Shown: one piece after another, positions 9,138-17,316 of the stretch
Numbering within the stretch: the first letter of the stretch is position 1
How the letters are laid out: every line of letters starts with the position of its first letter
DNA from: Acidobacteriota bacterium
Lineage (GTDB): Bacteria; Actinomycetota; Acidimicrobiia; ATN3
DNA: 64,000 bases
NCBI GenBank assembly: GCA_003577105.1
Contig: QEUQ01000011.1
Coordinates: forward strand, 9,918 to 73,917
Direction of reading: 5' to 3'
The notes under the pieces: generated by a model
The model's database searches: none
The model's input: only the letters and a program-made list of their open reading frames with translations
What the model was told of the DNA's origin: nothing
Program-made: the position numbers and the translations under genes

Positions 9138-10364
9138 ATGAGCCGAGTGCGACGGCTGATGTTGCGCTCAGCCTTGCCGGTCATCCTCGTACTGCTTGTT
9201 GCACCCATCCTGCCGACATCCGCGCTGGGTCAGCAGGAGATGCCGTCAGGTACCACTTCGGAGCGGATTGCCGAGCTGCGCCGCCGCCTGAGCGAGGCGC
9301 AAGGGCGTGAGAGCGACCTGCTCGCGCTGATTCAAGAATCAGACAAGCGCCTCGCCGAGCTGAACACAATCGTTGCCGACCTCACCACACGCCTTGAGGA
9401 TGCGCGCCGCCGCCTTGGAAGTGCTCAGTACGACTTGGACTACGCGACAGCCGCGTATCTAAACAAGCTTGACGCGGTCGAGCATGCTGACCGACTCTAC
9501 GTCGCGACTCGCGACCGGCTCTCGCTGCGGATCATCCGCATGTACAAAGACGGCAATCTCGGCGAAGTCGACCTGTTTCTCAATGCGAAAAGCATCGCTG
9601 AGCTAGGCCAAGGGCGAAGCTATCTGAATCGGGTGGCGGCAGACGACGAGCAGTCCGCAGCGCACCTCGCCGAGTTGCGTGACACTCTCGATGGCGAGCG
9701 GCTGCTGCTGGAGGACACCCGAGCGAATTTGCTCGAGAGTCGCAATCGGATCGACGCCGAGACCGATGAGCTGACGCGCCTGCACGCGGACAACCAAGCG
9801 GCTCGAGACCTCGCCAATGCGGAGAGCGAGAACCAGCGCCAGCTCCTCACACAGGTACTTGCTGACAAGAACCAGACTCAACGAATGCTCGATGAGCTAG
9901 AAGGCGCCTCGAATCGAGCGGCAAGCGACTTGGGCATTGAGGGCAGCCGCGGCAATCCGTCGATTGTTCCCGGTTATTTCGTGTGGCCTGCCGATGGTCC
10001 GCTCACATCTCGATTTGGGACGCGGGTTCACCCGATCTCCGGCGCGAAGAAGTTGCACGCAGGCGTTGATATCGGAGCGCCAAGCGGTGCCCCGATAAGG
10101 GCGGCTGCTTCCGGCCTGGTCCTGAGGGCGGGACCCTACGGCGGGTACGGGCTTGCCACGATCATCGATCACGGCAACGGGCTTGCGACGCTCTATGCGC
10201 ATCAGTCGCGAATTGGCGTATCCGCGGGGCAGCAGGTGACACAGGGGCAGACGATCGGCAACGTCGGATCGACTGGCTACTCGACCGGTCCGCATCTGCA
10301 CTTTGAAGTCCGGATTAATGGCCAACCTCGAGACCCGCTTCTCTGGTTCCCCGAGCGCGGCTGA
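9138..10364 (+). CDS. Coiled-coil M23 (LytM) metallopeptidase, EnvC/PcsB-like partner of FtsEX
   Basis: Signal/TM segment LMLRSALPVILVLLVAP, about 250 aa of coiled coil, and C-terminal LytM motifs HAGVDIGAPSG (HxxxD) and GPHLHFEV (HxH). An alternative GTG start is at 9120. Confidence 0.8.
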   Translation: MSRVRRLMLRSALPVILVLLVAPILPTSALGQQEMPSGTTSERIAELRRRLSEAQGRESDLLALIQESDKRLAELNTIVADLTTRLEDARRRLGSAQYDLDYATAAYLNKLDAVEHADRLYVATRDRLSLRIIRMYKDGNLGEVDLFLNAKSIAELGQGRSYLNRVAADDEQSAAHLAELRDTLDGERLLLEDTRANLLESRNRIDAETDELTRLHADNQAARDLANAESENQRQLLTQVLADKNQTQRMLDELEGASNRAASDLGIEGSRGNPSIVPGYFVWPADGPLTSRFGTRVHPISGAKKLHAGVDIGAPSGAPIRAAASGLVLRAGPYGGYGLATIIDHGNGLATLYAHQSRIGVSAGQQVTQGQTIGNVGSTGYSTGPHLHFEVRINGQPRDPLLWFPERG

Positions 10365-10377
10365 GGGTCTGGATCCT

Positions 10378-10881
10378 ATGGCAAAGAAGAAAGCCGCTCC
10401 GGTGCCGTCAACTGGCGATGGTCCGGTGATTCGTGACGTCGTCGGTAATAAGCGAGCACTTCGAGACTACGAGGTAGTCGAGTCTTACGAGACCGGGATT
10501 GTCCTAAGCGGCGCCGAGGTCAAGGCCTTACGGTCGGGGCAGGGCAACTTGGCAGATGCGTTCGCGGTCATTCGTGACGGCGAGCTGCAGCTGCATGGCG
10601 CGCACATTCCGAGGTATGACTTCTCAGATGATCAGTCATATGAGGCCAAGCGCCCCAGGCGACTGCTCATGCACCGAGGCGAGATCGACCGTCTGGCGGG
10701 CAAGGCGGCAGAGCAGGGACTCACGCTGGTTCCAATGAAGATCTATTTCAAAGATGGCCTGGTCAAGGTTCAGCTCGCTCTAGCCAAGGGGCGGCGGAAG
10801 TACGACAAGCGGGCTGCTTTGCGGGACAAGGAGCATCAGCGAGATATGGCCCGGGCGTTGAAGGAGCGTGGCCGAGGGTAG
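10378..10881 (+). CDS. smpB: SsrA-binding protein SmpB
   Basis: NKRALRDYEVVESYETGIVLSGAEVKALR, RRLLMHRGEI and KGRRKYDKR are SmpB hallmarks. ATG10378 was chosen over the longer ORF at 10303. Confidence 0.9.
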   Translation: MAKKKAAPVPSTGDGPVIRDVVGNKRALRDYEVVESYETGIVLSGAEVKALRSGQGNLADAFAVIRDGELQLHGAHIPRYDFSDDQSYEAKRPRRLLMHRGEIDRLAGKAAEQGLTLVPMKIYFKDGLVKVQLALAKGRRKYDKRAALRDKEHQRDMARALKERGRG

Positions 10882-10990
10882 GGGGTGGCCTCCTCGGTCG
10901 GCCTGTCAGGCGAGTGCGGGTCCGGTACCAAGCGGCATCTACCGCCGCCGTGAGGTGTCAGTGATGTCAATACTGACCTTGATGCTTGCG

Positions 10991-11353
10991 TCAGAACGCT
11001 TGCAGGTCTCCGTTTTCGTCGTTCGGGAGCAAGGTGCCAAGTTGGTATAGAAGTGGCGGTAGATCACGCTGCAGCGTCAACCAGACGCGCGACCAGTCGA
11101 CGCTGTCGTATCCGTGAACAAGACGGTGGCGCATTCCGGCGGCCTCCGACCACGGAATCTCCTGATAACGGTCACAGAAGTCCCTCGGCACTCGTGAAGC
11201 TGCCTCGCCAATAACGATGATCTGACTGTAGACCGCCCAGCGAGTGCGCTCGTCGTCAAGGAATTCGGATTCATCGAAACCGGCAATCAGTCTCAGTGCC
11301 GTCTCGGCGGCTCGAATCATGTCGATCACGTATGCAAGCGAGTCACGCGGCAT
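10991..11353 (-). CDS. hepT: HepT-like HEPN ribonuclease toxin (DUF86)
   Basis: 120 aa. The Rx4H HEPN motif is in GMRHRLVHGYDSVDW. It overlaps the upstream nucleotidyltransferase gene by 11 nt. Confidence 0.8.
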   Translation of the reverse strand: MPRDSLAYVIDMIRAAETALRLIAGFDESEFLDDERTRWAVYSQIIVIGEAASRVPRDFCDRYQEIPWSEAAGMRHRLVHGYDSVDWSRVWLTLQRDLPPLLYQLGTLLPNDENGDLQAF

Positions 11354-11657
11354 AGACCGTCACCGCTGAGTCCAAGATGGCGTTGCGCCTGATCCAATTG
11401 GCACTTCGTTCCAAGTTCTTGCGATCGACCAGTTCGACTCTGCGCGCGAAGAGGGATGAGAACTCAGATTCCGCCCTTACGAGGTCCATAAGCGACCACT
11501 GTTCGCCTGTATCGAAGTCAACGAGAAGGTCAATGTCGCTATCAGGTGCCAGCGTTCCGACAAGGGCGGATCCAAAGAGCGCCAGTTGCCGAATCTTCCA
11601 CTTCTGGCACGTCCGATTGAGCGATTTGTCGGAAATCTCCACACCGGCAATCTTCAC
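11343..11657 (-). CDS. mntA: MntA-like minimal nucleotidyltransferase antitoxin
   Basis: 104 aa. LFGSALVGTLAPDSDIDLLVDF matches the GS...DxD Pol-beta-type NTase motif. Paired with the HEPN gene. Confidence 0.8.
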   Translation of the reverse strand: MKIAGVEISDKSLNRTCQKWKIRQLALFGSALVGTLAPDSDIDLLVDFDTGEQWSLMDLVRAESEFSSLFARRVELVDRKNLERSANWIRRNAILDSAVTVYAA

Positions 11658-11915
11658 TGTCGTCTTCCTCCGTTGTCCTCCGCCGCGCCCGACGCGGTGC
11701 CGTCAAATGATCATGCCGATCCGGGTCGAAAAGCTGATCTACCTCGCAACTTCTATTGCCGCGAAATGACGCCGTCACGAATATCGAAATACTACAGACC
11801 CTGCGCAACAACTGACCCTCGCTGAGGAGTGAAACCCAGCGAAAGTGCGCTCGGTTCGTGCAGCTGAGTACCGGAAATGGCGCAGCCCAGCGAGGACGGA
11901 TTGACACTTCACTAC

Positions 11916-11983
11916 CCCGGCTGACCACAGCTGGAACGCACATTGTGCGTTCAGGCGAAGCCCCGCAGCTGTGGTCAGCCGGG
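11916..11983. repeat. 18-bp perfect inverted repeat formed by an inverted copy of the CRISPR repeat 5' part plus repeat 1, enclosing a small hairpin
   Basis: CCCGGCTGACCACAGCTG (11916-11933) is the exact reverse complement of CAGCTGTGGTCAGCCGGG (11966-11983). The inner hairpin is GAACGCA-cattg-TGCGTTC at 11934-11952. Confidence 0.9.
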
Positions 11984-13070
11984 AAGCGCCGCTCAGATAC
12001 ACTACTGATCAAAATTACTCACTTTCTGGTTACGCTGTGGTCAGCCGGGAAGCGCCGCTCAGATACACTTCCCATGAAGACATTGAGGAATGGATGGAGC
12101 TGTGGTCAGCCGGGAAGCGCCGCTCAGATACACTCCGTAGCTAACGCGCACCGAGAAGTTCAGAGCTGTGGTCAGCCGGGAAGCGCCGCTCAGATACACT
12201 AGGACAGGTCGAGGTTGACGGCATCTATCTGCTGTGGTCAGCCGGGAAGCGCCGCTCAGATACACTTGCGACCCTTGTTGGGCCAATCTCTGCTGCCAGC
12301 TGTGGTCAGCCGGGAAGCGCCGCTCAGATACACTTCGCAGTTCGAGCTCGCAGAAGCGTCGTGGCTGTGGTCAGCCGGGAAGCGCCGCTCAGATACACTT
12401 GAGGATTGATTGGTCATCGCCACGGACCAGCTGTGGTCAGCCGGGAAGCGCCGCTCAGATACACTGGGTGACCTCACAGAAGGACGCGGGGACCTTGCTG
12501 TGGTCAGCCGGGAAGCGCCGCTCAGATACACTAGAAGGTGTCATGAAATCGAAGGTCACCCCTCGCTCCATTTGCTGTGGTCAGCCGGGAAGCGCCGCTC
12601 AGATACACTTGAGGATTGATTGGTCATCGCCGCGGATCAGCTGTGGTCAGCCGGGAAGCGCCGCTCAGATACACTACGGACGCGTTTCACGACAATGTAA
12701 CAAATGCTGTGGTCAGCCGGGAAGCGCCGCTCAGATACACTCCCCACGAAGTCGAGGCTCCGTCGTCTTTGCTGTGGTCAGCCGGGAAGCGCCGCTCAGA
12801 TACACTTTCGAGCCTGATGCCCTCAGCTTCGCCAACGCTGTGGTCAGCCGGGAAGCGCCGCTCAGATACACTCCTGGTTCCTGGTTCATGAAGACCTCAA
12901 CGGCTGTGGTCAGCCGGGAAGCGCCGCTCAGATACACTAGAAGGTGTCATGACCAGCGACGCCCAGCGGCTGTGGTCAGCCGGGAAGCGCCGCTCAGATA
13001 CACTTCCAAGGCGAGCTACCGGAGCGGGAAAGAAGCTGTGGTCAGCCGGGAAGCGCCGCTCAGATACACT
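11968..13070 (+). CRISPR. CRISPR array: 17 identical 36-bp repeats (GCTGTGGTCAGCCGGGAAGCGCCGCTCAGATACACT) and 16 spacers (13 of 29-31 nt, one of 32, one of 41)
   Basis: Repeat starts read directly at 11968, 12034, 12099, 12165, 12231, 12299, 12364, 12430, 12497, 12574, 12640, 12706, 12771, 12837, 12903, 12969 and 13035. The plus-strand orientation is inferred from complementarity to the predicted plus-strand tracrRNA. Confidence 0.97.
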
Positions 13071-13106
13071 AGAGTTCCTGCGAGGCTTGCGCCTAGCAGG
13101 AACTCT
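13071..13106. terminator. Strong hairpin between the last repeat and the cas2 stop (possible terminator or insulator)
   Basis: AGAGTTCCTGC (13071-13081) pairs with GCAGGAACTCT (13096-13106), with an inner AGGC/GCCT mini-stem. It is followed on the plus strand by GCCATTTTCGG. Confidence 0.5.
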
Positions 13107-13119
13107 GCCATTTTCGGTG

Positions 13120-13446
13120 TCATAGAAACTGCATTTGCTCGGGTGCGTTTTCGGGCGCTTGATGGAGAAATGCTGAGTAGATTTCCATCTTCCCGAACTG
13201 TCGATCCGTAATCGACACGATCCGTACTTGGCCGGCCGGAGGTAGTGATCCTCGCACACGACGTCGGTGTTTTGCCGCGTCGTCTTCGCTCTCGCAGTAG
13301 CGCGCGTAGACCGAGTACTGGAGCATCGTGAATCCATCGGCGAGAAGGCTGCGACGGAATTGCGTGTAGTCCTGCCTGGCCTTCTTCGTCGTCACCGGCA
13401 AGTCAAACATCACGACCAACCACATAGCTTTGTACTCCGACCTCAT
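13120..13446 (-). CDS. cas2: CRISPR-associated endoribonuclease Cas2
   Basis: 108 aa. The N-terminus MWLVVMFDLPV..KK.R..Y..FR..L...GF.MLQYSVY is typical of Cas2. ATGA overlap with the cas1 stop. Confidence 0.9.
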   Translation of the reverse strand: MRSEYKAMWLVVMFDLPVTTKKARQDYTQFRRSLLADGFTMLQYSVYARYCESEDDAAKHRRRVRGSLPPAGQVRIVSITDRQFGKMEIYSAFLHQAPENAPEQMQFL

Positions 13447-14348
13447 CTCGCGACTACGGGCCTGATGCGCGGTATTTCCAAGTTCCGTTGCTCGCCAGCG
13501 AAGACGCGAGCTAGGGCATTTGAAACGCGAGTCGCAATGTCAAAGAGGGTGCGTTGCTCTCCCGCCACCTCATATCTCTCGTATAGGGACTGAAGTATCG
13601 ACTTCTTTATGACGGGCGAAATCTCGACGTCTGCACCCTCCGCGCGGCAGATGTCGCAAACGGCGCTGTCGACTAGTGGGCGAAATGGCTCCATGAGGTC
13701 GCTCGCCAGACAGAAGCTGTCATAACGATTGTGATGATGGAGGCCAAGTGACGGGTGCAGCCCCGATGCACAGATTGCTCGCGCGACAATTGCTCGGAGA
13801 ACTGTGTAGCCGTAGTTCAAGAGGCGATTCTGATCGTTTGCATCGCGGCGTCTCCGGAACGACGGATCGCCAAAGATTCGCGGCCAATATATTTGAGCTG
13901 CGCGTGCTTCGACGTTCGTCGGATCTCCAGAACGCACCTGAGCTACTAGGTCGCTGAGTCCAAAGTCGCTTCCAGCTTCTGCCTCGAGGATATGCGCCTG
14001 GGCTCGAACCTTAGCTCTGACGATCTCTTGCCAAAGCCGCTTTCGCGTAGGAGCTGATATCGAAGTCTGTGCAGCGAGGCGCTCGGTTTGAACAAAGTGG
14101 GAGCCGAAGGGCAATAGCATCGCTGCCGGCATGTAGCTCTTGTTGCAGATGACGACTGCGCCGCCGGACTCTGCTATGCCCGCAAGCGTGGCCTGTGACA
14201 CCGTGGCCTGGCCTGCTGCAAGAACCAGCGCCGAGACCTCCTCTAGTGGCATCGTGTTCGTTCCATCGGGTGAGTCGATAACCAAGAGCGAATTCCGAGC
14301 GTGAAGGCTTACGGGCCGCTCTGATATGTCAATGATCCGCTCAGTCAT
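13443..14348 (-). CDS. cas1: CRISPR-associated integrase Cas1 (type II)
   Basis: NYGYTVLRAIVARAI and HPSLGLHHHNRYDSFCLASDLMEPFRPLVD form the Cas1 catalytic region. ATG14348 overlaps the cas9 stop (ATGACTGA). The ORF track start at 14378 is probably too long. Confidence 0.9.
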   Translation of the reverse strand: MTERIIDISERPVSLHARNSLLVIDSPDGTNTMPLEEVSALVLAAGQATVSQATLAGIAESGGAVVICNKSYMPAAMLLPFGSHFVQTERLAAQTSISAPTRKRLWQEIVRAKVRAQAHILEAEAGSDFGLSDLVAQVRSGDPTNVEARAAQIYWPRIFGDPSFRRRRDANDQNRLLNYGYTVLRAIVARAICASGLHPSLGLHHHNRYDSFCLASDLMEPFRPLVDSAVCDICRAEGADVEISPVIKKSILQSLYERYEVAGEQRTLFDIATRVSNALARVFAGEQRNLEIPRIRPVVAR

Positions 14349-17259
14349 TTGAAGGAAGAGCGCGGCCAATTGGATCAACCTGAATCTTTCGACAGCCTCT
14401 TTGTCTCATCGGATTCAAGCGAGGCCGCTGTAAGGCGCCAGCAGCCTTGATGTCCTTTTTCAGCCTGGCGTCCGCAACATCGACCATAGTGACCCCTTCG
14501 CTACTTTCAAGGCCGCGAATCACCGAGTGCACCTTGTTGTCGCCGTCAGCTCCCAGTTCCAGCGTGTCGCCCCAGGCAATACTGAACAGGAATCGGGCGC
14601 CATCAAGTTCGCGATCGATTACGGGCTCCCCGCGCCGCAGTCTCCCCATCGCCTCTAGGCATGTTACGAGGCGCCCTTTCCATTTGCCGTTGGGAAGTTC
14701 AAAGACCTCAATGTGATGGTTATTTCCGGGTACCACGTATCGTTTCGAATCTGGGCCGCCCAATTCGACAGCGTTCTTCACCACCTTCTTGCTTCCCTTG
14801 CTTCGCCCTTCTGGAGAGTAGTTGGTCTCCTCGTGAAGCTTCCCGTTCACCTTTCGCGAGGTTCGGTGGGAAACGACTATTTCGCTGATTGAGGCTCGAA
14901 CTTCATTGAGAAACCCGGGCCATGGCGGTGTCACGCCTTCGAGGCTAGGCATGCCGCTTTCCCTTTGAGGAGCGCGTTTGGCGGTGTCGCTCATGCGCTT
15001 GACCATCGAATCCGTCGTGATCGCAATCGCGACCGCGTCTACAGCGTGGTGCCTGTGGTCTTCTCGAGTCTTGGTACCGCCGTCATCGAGAATTCCATTT
15101 AGGTCGAGCGAGTTTCTAATACTTGCCGTGAGCCCACCTGTGGTTGTGCGAATACGTTTCGAGCCGTTTGCATCAACGCCCATGGAATCGGCGCCATAGA
15201 GAGTCCCAAGGAACTCGATAGCAACACGAGTTGCCCACGCTGTGTCGTTGAGCTGGCTGTTTCGGAAGCCTTCGATTTCTTCGGAGTCCTTGACGCGAAA
15301 TCGCTTGAGCTTCGCGAGAACGACGCCGTTCTGGCCGAAAAACTGCTCAACCCGGCTTAGAATCTCGTCGTATGTCGGCGTGCCGCCATAGGCTTCAAAC
15401 GGAGTCTGGTTGCGCTTTACGTTGCGGTTCTCTTCGTGGTAGCAGAGGGTCTTGTTGGTGTAGGAGTTATCGAAACTCCTGTGATACGGAATGATGTGCT
15501 CAATGTCAAAGTCGCTGTAGAGCGACTTTGCATTGATTTGGCGCCCGGTGTAAGGGCAGATCCATCGGCACTCTTCCGCTAGCTGCCACTTCAAGACATC
15601 TGTGTTGGTGGGCTCCGCAATGAGCGCGTTTCTCACGATCTCCTCGCGCGCCTGGTCTCGCAACTTCTGATTGGCTCTGTTCTTCTTGGTGATGTCCTTT
15701 CGCACTTGCCTTGGCTTCTTGATTGACCGAGCCATTTCAAGGCGAATCATGTCGGGCTTGCCGTATTCCCTAATTAGCGCGTTCACAACGAGGCGCAATT
15801 GACCAATTGTCCTGGTGACGACAGGATTGCGGATTTCTCCGCGCCACTCCTCGAACTTGTTGAGCGCTGGGAGCTTTTCAAGGGGGTCTCGGCGTGATTC
15901 GTCACCGTAGATTTCCTTGCGTGCTGTCGCGTAGGCGACTCCTTCCTCAAGCTTCGGGAGGAGTCGGCTCATTGCCTGCCTCGACAGGTCCATGAAGCCT
16001 TCTTCAAGCACAACATCGGCAAATGCGTTTGCCCGCTCTTCATCGAGTCCCCACTTGCCCTGCGCTCGTCGAACCCTTGCGCCGCGGTCGCCTATGCTCC
16101 GGGCGTCTTCAACCACAACTTCCTTCTCGGCATCGGTCAGTTCTCCCCACTTTTCGCCGAAGGCAGAGGCAAGCCGAGCTGCTGTCCGATTACCGGGGAG
16201 CCGCGTTTCGCCTCCAAGCTCAAGGTTGAAGGTGCTCCCCCGCGGCAGCCCAAGTAGCTTTCGGGTCTGCGGGAATGTGAGGTGCTCGCTAGCCTCAAGG
16301 GATTCGATGAGTTTGGCTCTCTCGTCGGGCTCAAGCAGCCGGATCTCACCGTCAGGCGTAACGACGCGGAGGTCGTTGACTTTCTGCAGCAGCCTAAATC
16401 TCTGCGAAATCAGGAGATCCTTGGGGGCACGAATACGGTTGGGTTCAAGCGAGCACCTGCCACGCAGATGCCTCTGACTCTTAAGTGGACGCTGATGGAA
16501 GATCACTTTCTCTATTCGTGCGCGCGTCTCGCTCGAAAGTGAATCTGGCCGGTACTTCTCCTGCGCATCCCAAATCGAGGCAAACTCCTCTTGGTACATG
16601 GCGCGTGAAGTCCAGCGCTGACGGATCCGATGTTCCTTGGGGTCGATCCGCGAGAAATACTCACCGAGCGTCCGTGAGCCGGATTCCCGAATCATGCGAT
16701 CAAGCTCGGAGATACCGCCCTTGACTGCCCCCAGCTCTTCATCGTCCTTCGGAGCTGACTTGCGGTTGGAGAGGAAGCCGCGTCGCTGGCCGAGGTGATA
16801 TATGGCTCGCCCAAAGGCGTAGGGTTCGAGCTCCTCATCTAGGGCGCGACGCCGAAGATCGTAGTAACAGGTGTGGGGATGAGCACTTCGAGTCTTGTCG
16901 TCAAATAGCTGGCTGTCGAGATCGCGCAGCAAAGACATGCGTGATTGAGGCGTGTCAATGGGTCCGGCCGGCAGGAGTCCTGCGTCTTGAAGCGTCTTCA
17001 TCAGTAGCCACTTACGCCGTCTGCGACGATCGGTTTGTCGGCGGCGGAGCCGAGCCTCTCGTCTTTCCACGGCGCGAGACGCGTCATTGCCTGTGGAGAT
17101 GTCGCCGTCAGTACCGGCTGGAAACACGCGTACGCCGGTTCGAATGATTCTTGACGGGTTGCCGTCAGAATCGAGACCGATAGCTGCCCAGCCAATGGAA
17201 TTTGTTCCCAGGTCGAGCCCCAGGATCCACGGCGTTTCGTGTGATTGCGGATTACTCAT
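14341..17259 (-). CDS. cas9: Cas9, compact type II-C (about 972 aa)
   Basis: RuvC-I ILGLDLGTNSIGWA, Arg-rich bridge helix RREARLRRRQTDRRRRRK, HNH DIEHIIPYHRSFDNSYTNKTLC..NRNVKRNQTP, RuvC-III DHRHHAVDAVAIA. ATG17259 is preceded by GGGGGAG 6 nt upstream (the track start TTG17274 is less likely). No csn2 or cas4 is present, so subtype II-C. Confidence 0.93.
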   Translation of the reverse strand: MSNPQSHETPWILGLDLGTNSIGWAAIGLDSDGNPSRIIRTGVRVFPAGTDGDISTGNDASRAVERREARLRRRQTDRRRRRKWLLMKTLQDAGLLPAGPIDTPQSRMSLLRDLDSQLFDDKTRSAHPHTCYYDLRRRALDEELEPYAFGRAIYHLGQRRGFLSNRKSAPKDDEELGAVKGGISELDRMIRESGSRTLGEYFSRIDPKEHRIRQRWTSRAMYQEEFASIWDAQEKYRPDSLSSETRARIEKVIFHQRPLKSQRHLRGRCSLEPNRIRAPKDLLISQRFRLLQKVNDLRVVTPDGEIRLLEPDERAKLIESLEASEHLTFPQTRKLLGLPRGSTFNLELGGETRLPGNRTAARLASAFGEKWGELTDAEKEVVVEDARSIGDRGARVRRAQGKWGLDEERANAFADVVLEEGFMDLSRQAMSRLLPKLEEGVAYATARKEIYGDESRRDPLEKLPALNKFEEWRGEIRNPVVTRTIGQLRLVVNALIREYGKPDMIRLEMARSIKKPRQVRKDITKKNRANQKLRDQAREEIVRNALIAEPTNTDVLKWQLAEECRWICPYTGRQINAKSLYSDFDIEHIIPYHRSFDNSYTNKTLCYHEENRNVKRNQTPFEAYGGTPTYDEILSRVEQFFGQNGVVLAKLKRFRVKDSEEIEGFRNSQLNDTAWATRVAIEFLGTLYGADSMGVDANGSKRIRTTTGGLTASIRNSLDLNGILDDGGTKTREDHRHHAVDAVAIAITTDSMVKRMSDTAKRAPQRESGMPSLEGVTPPWPGFLNEVRASISEIVVSHRTSRKVNGKLHEETNYSPEGRSKGSKKVVKNAVELGGPDSKRYVVPGNNHHIEVFELPNGKWKGRLVTCLEAMGRLRRGEPVIDRELDGARFLFSIAWGDTLELGADGDNKVHSVIRGLESSEGVTMVDVADARLKKDIKAAGALQRPRLNPMRQRGCRKIQVDPIGRALPSND

Positions 17260-17301
17260 TGGTTTCTCCCCCAATCGCCAGTGGCGTAGGTGCGTGATGT
17301 C

Positions 17302-17310
17302 TGATAAGGT
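17302..17310 (+). promoter_or_regulatory. Extended -10 promoter element for the tracrRNA (TGATAAGGT)
   Basis: TGnTAnnnT match at 17302-17310. This puts the predicted transcription start about 7 nt downstream, where anti-repeat complementarity begins (17317). Confidence 0.5.
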
Positions 17311-17316
17311 GACTGC

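Noticed and set aside
10882-10990. Looked for the tmRNA gene (ssrA) that often follows smpB
   Set aside because: Only 109 nt of intergenic DNA are available. There is no GGGG-N-UGA acceptor start, no T-arm GGTTCGA-type sequence and no ...ALAA tag frame. I found nothing tmRNA-like in the other intergenic regions of the window either.
11901-11929. TTGACA at 11901-11906 as the -35 of a leader promoter for the array
   Set aside because: No acceptable TAnnnT -10 lies 16-19 nt downstream (the sequence there is ACCACA/CCACAG), so a conventional leader promoter is not supported from sequence alone.
11858-13337. Multiple long ORFs on both strands (for example 12234..13211, 325 aa, and 12897..13337) with repetitive peptides such as AVVSREAPLRYT and CGQPGSAAQIH
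   Set aside because: They are translations of the CRISPR repeat in different frames. Their periodicity equals the 65-66 bp repeat-spacer unit, so they are not genes.
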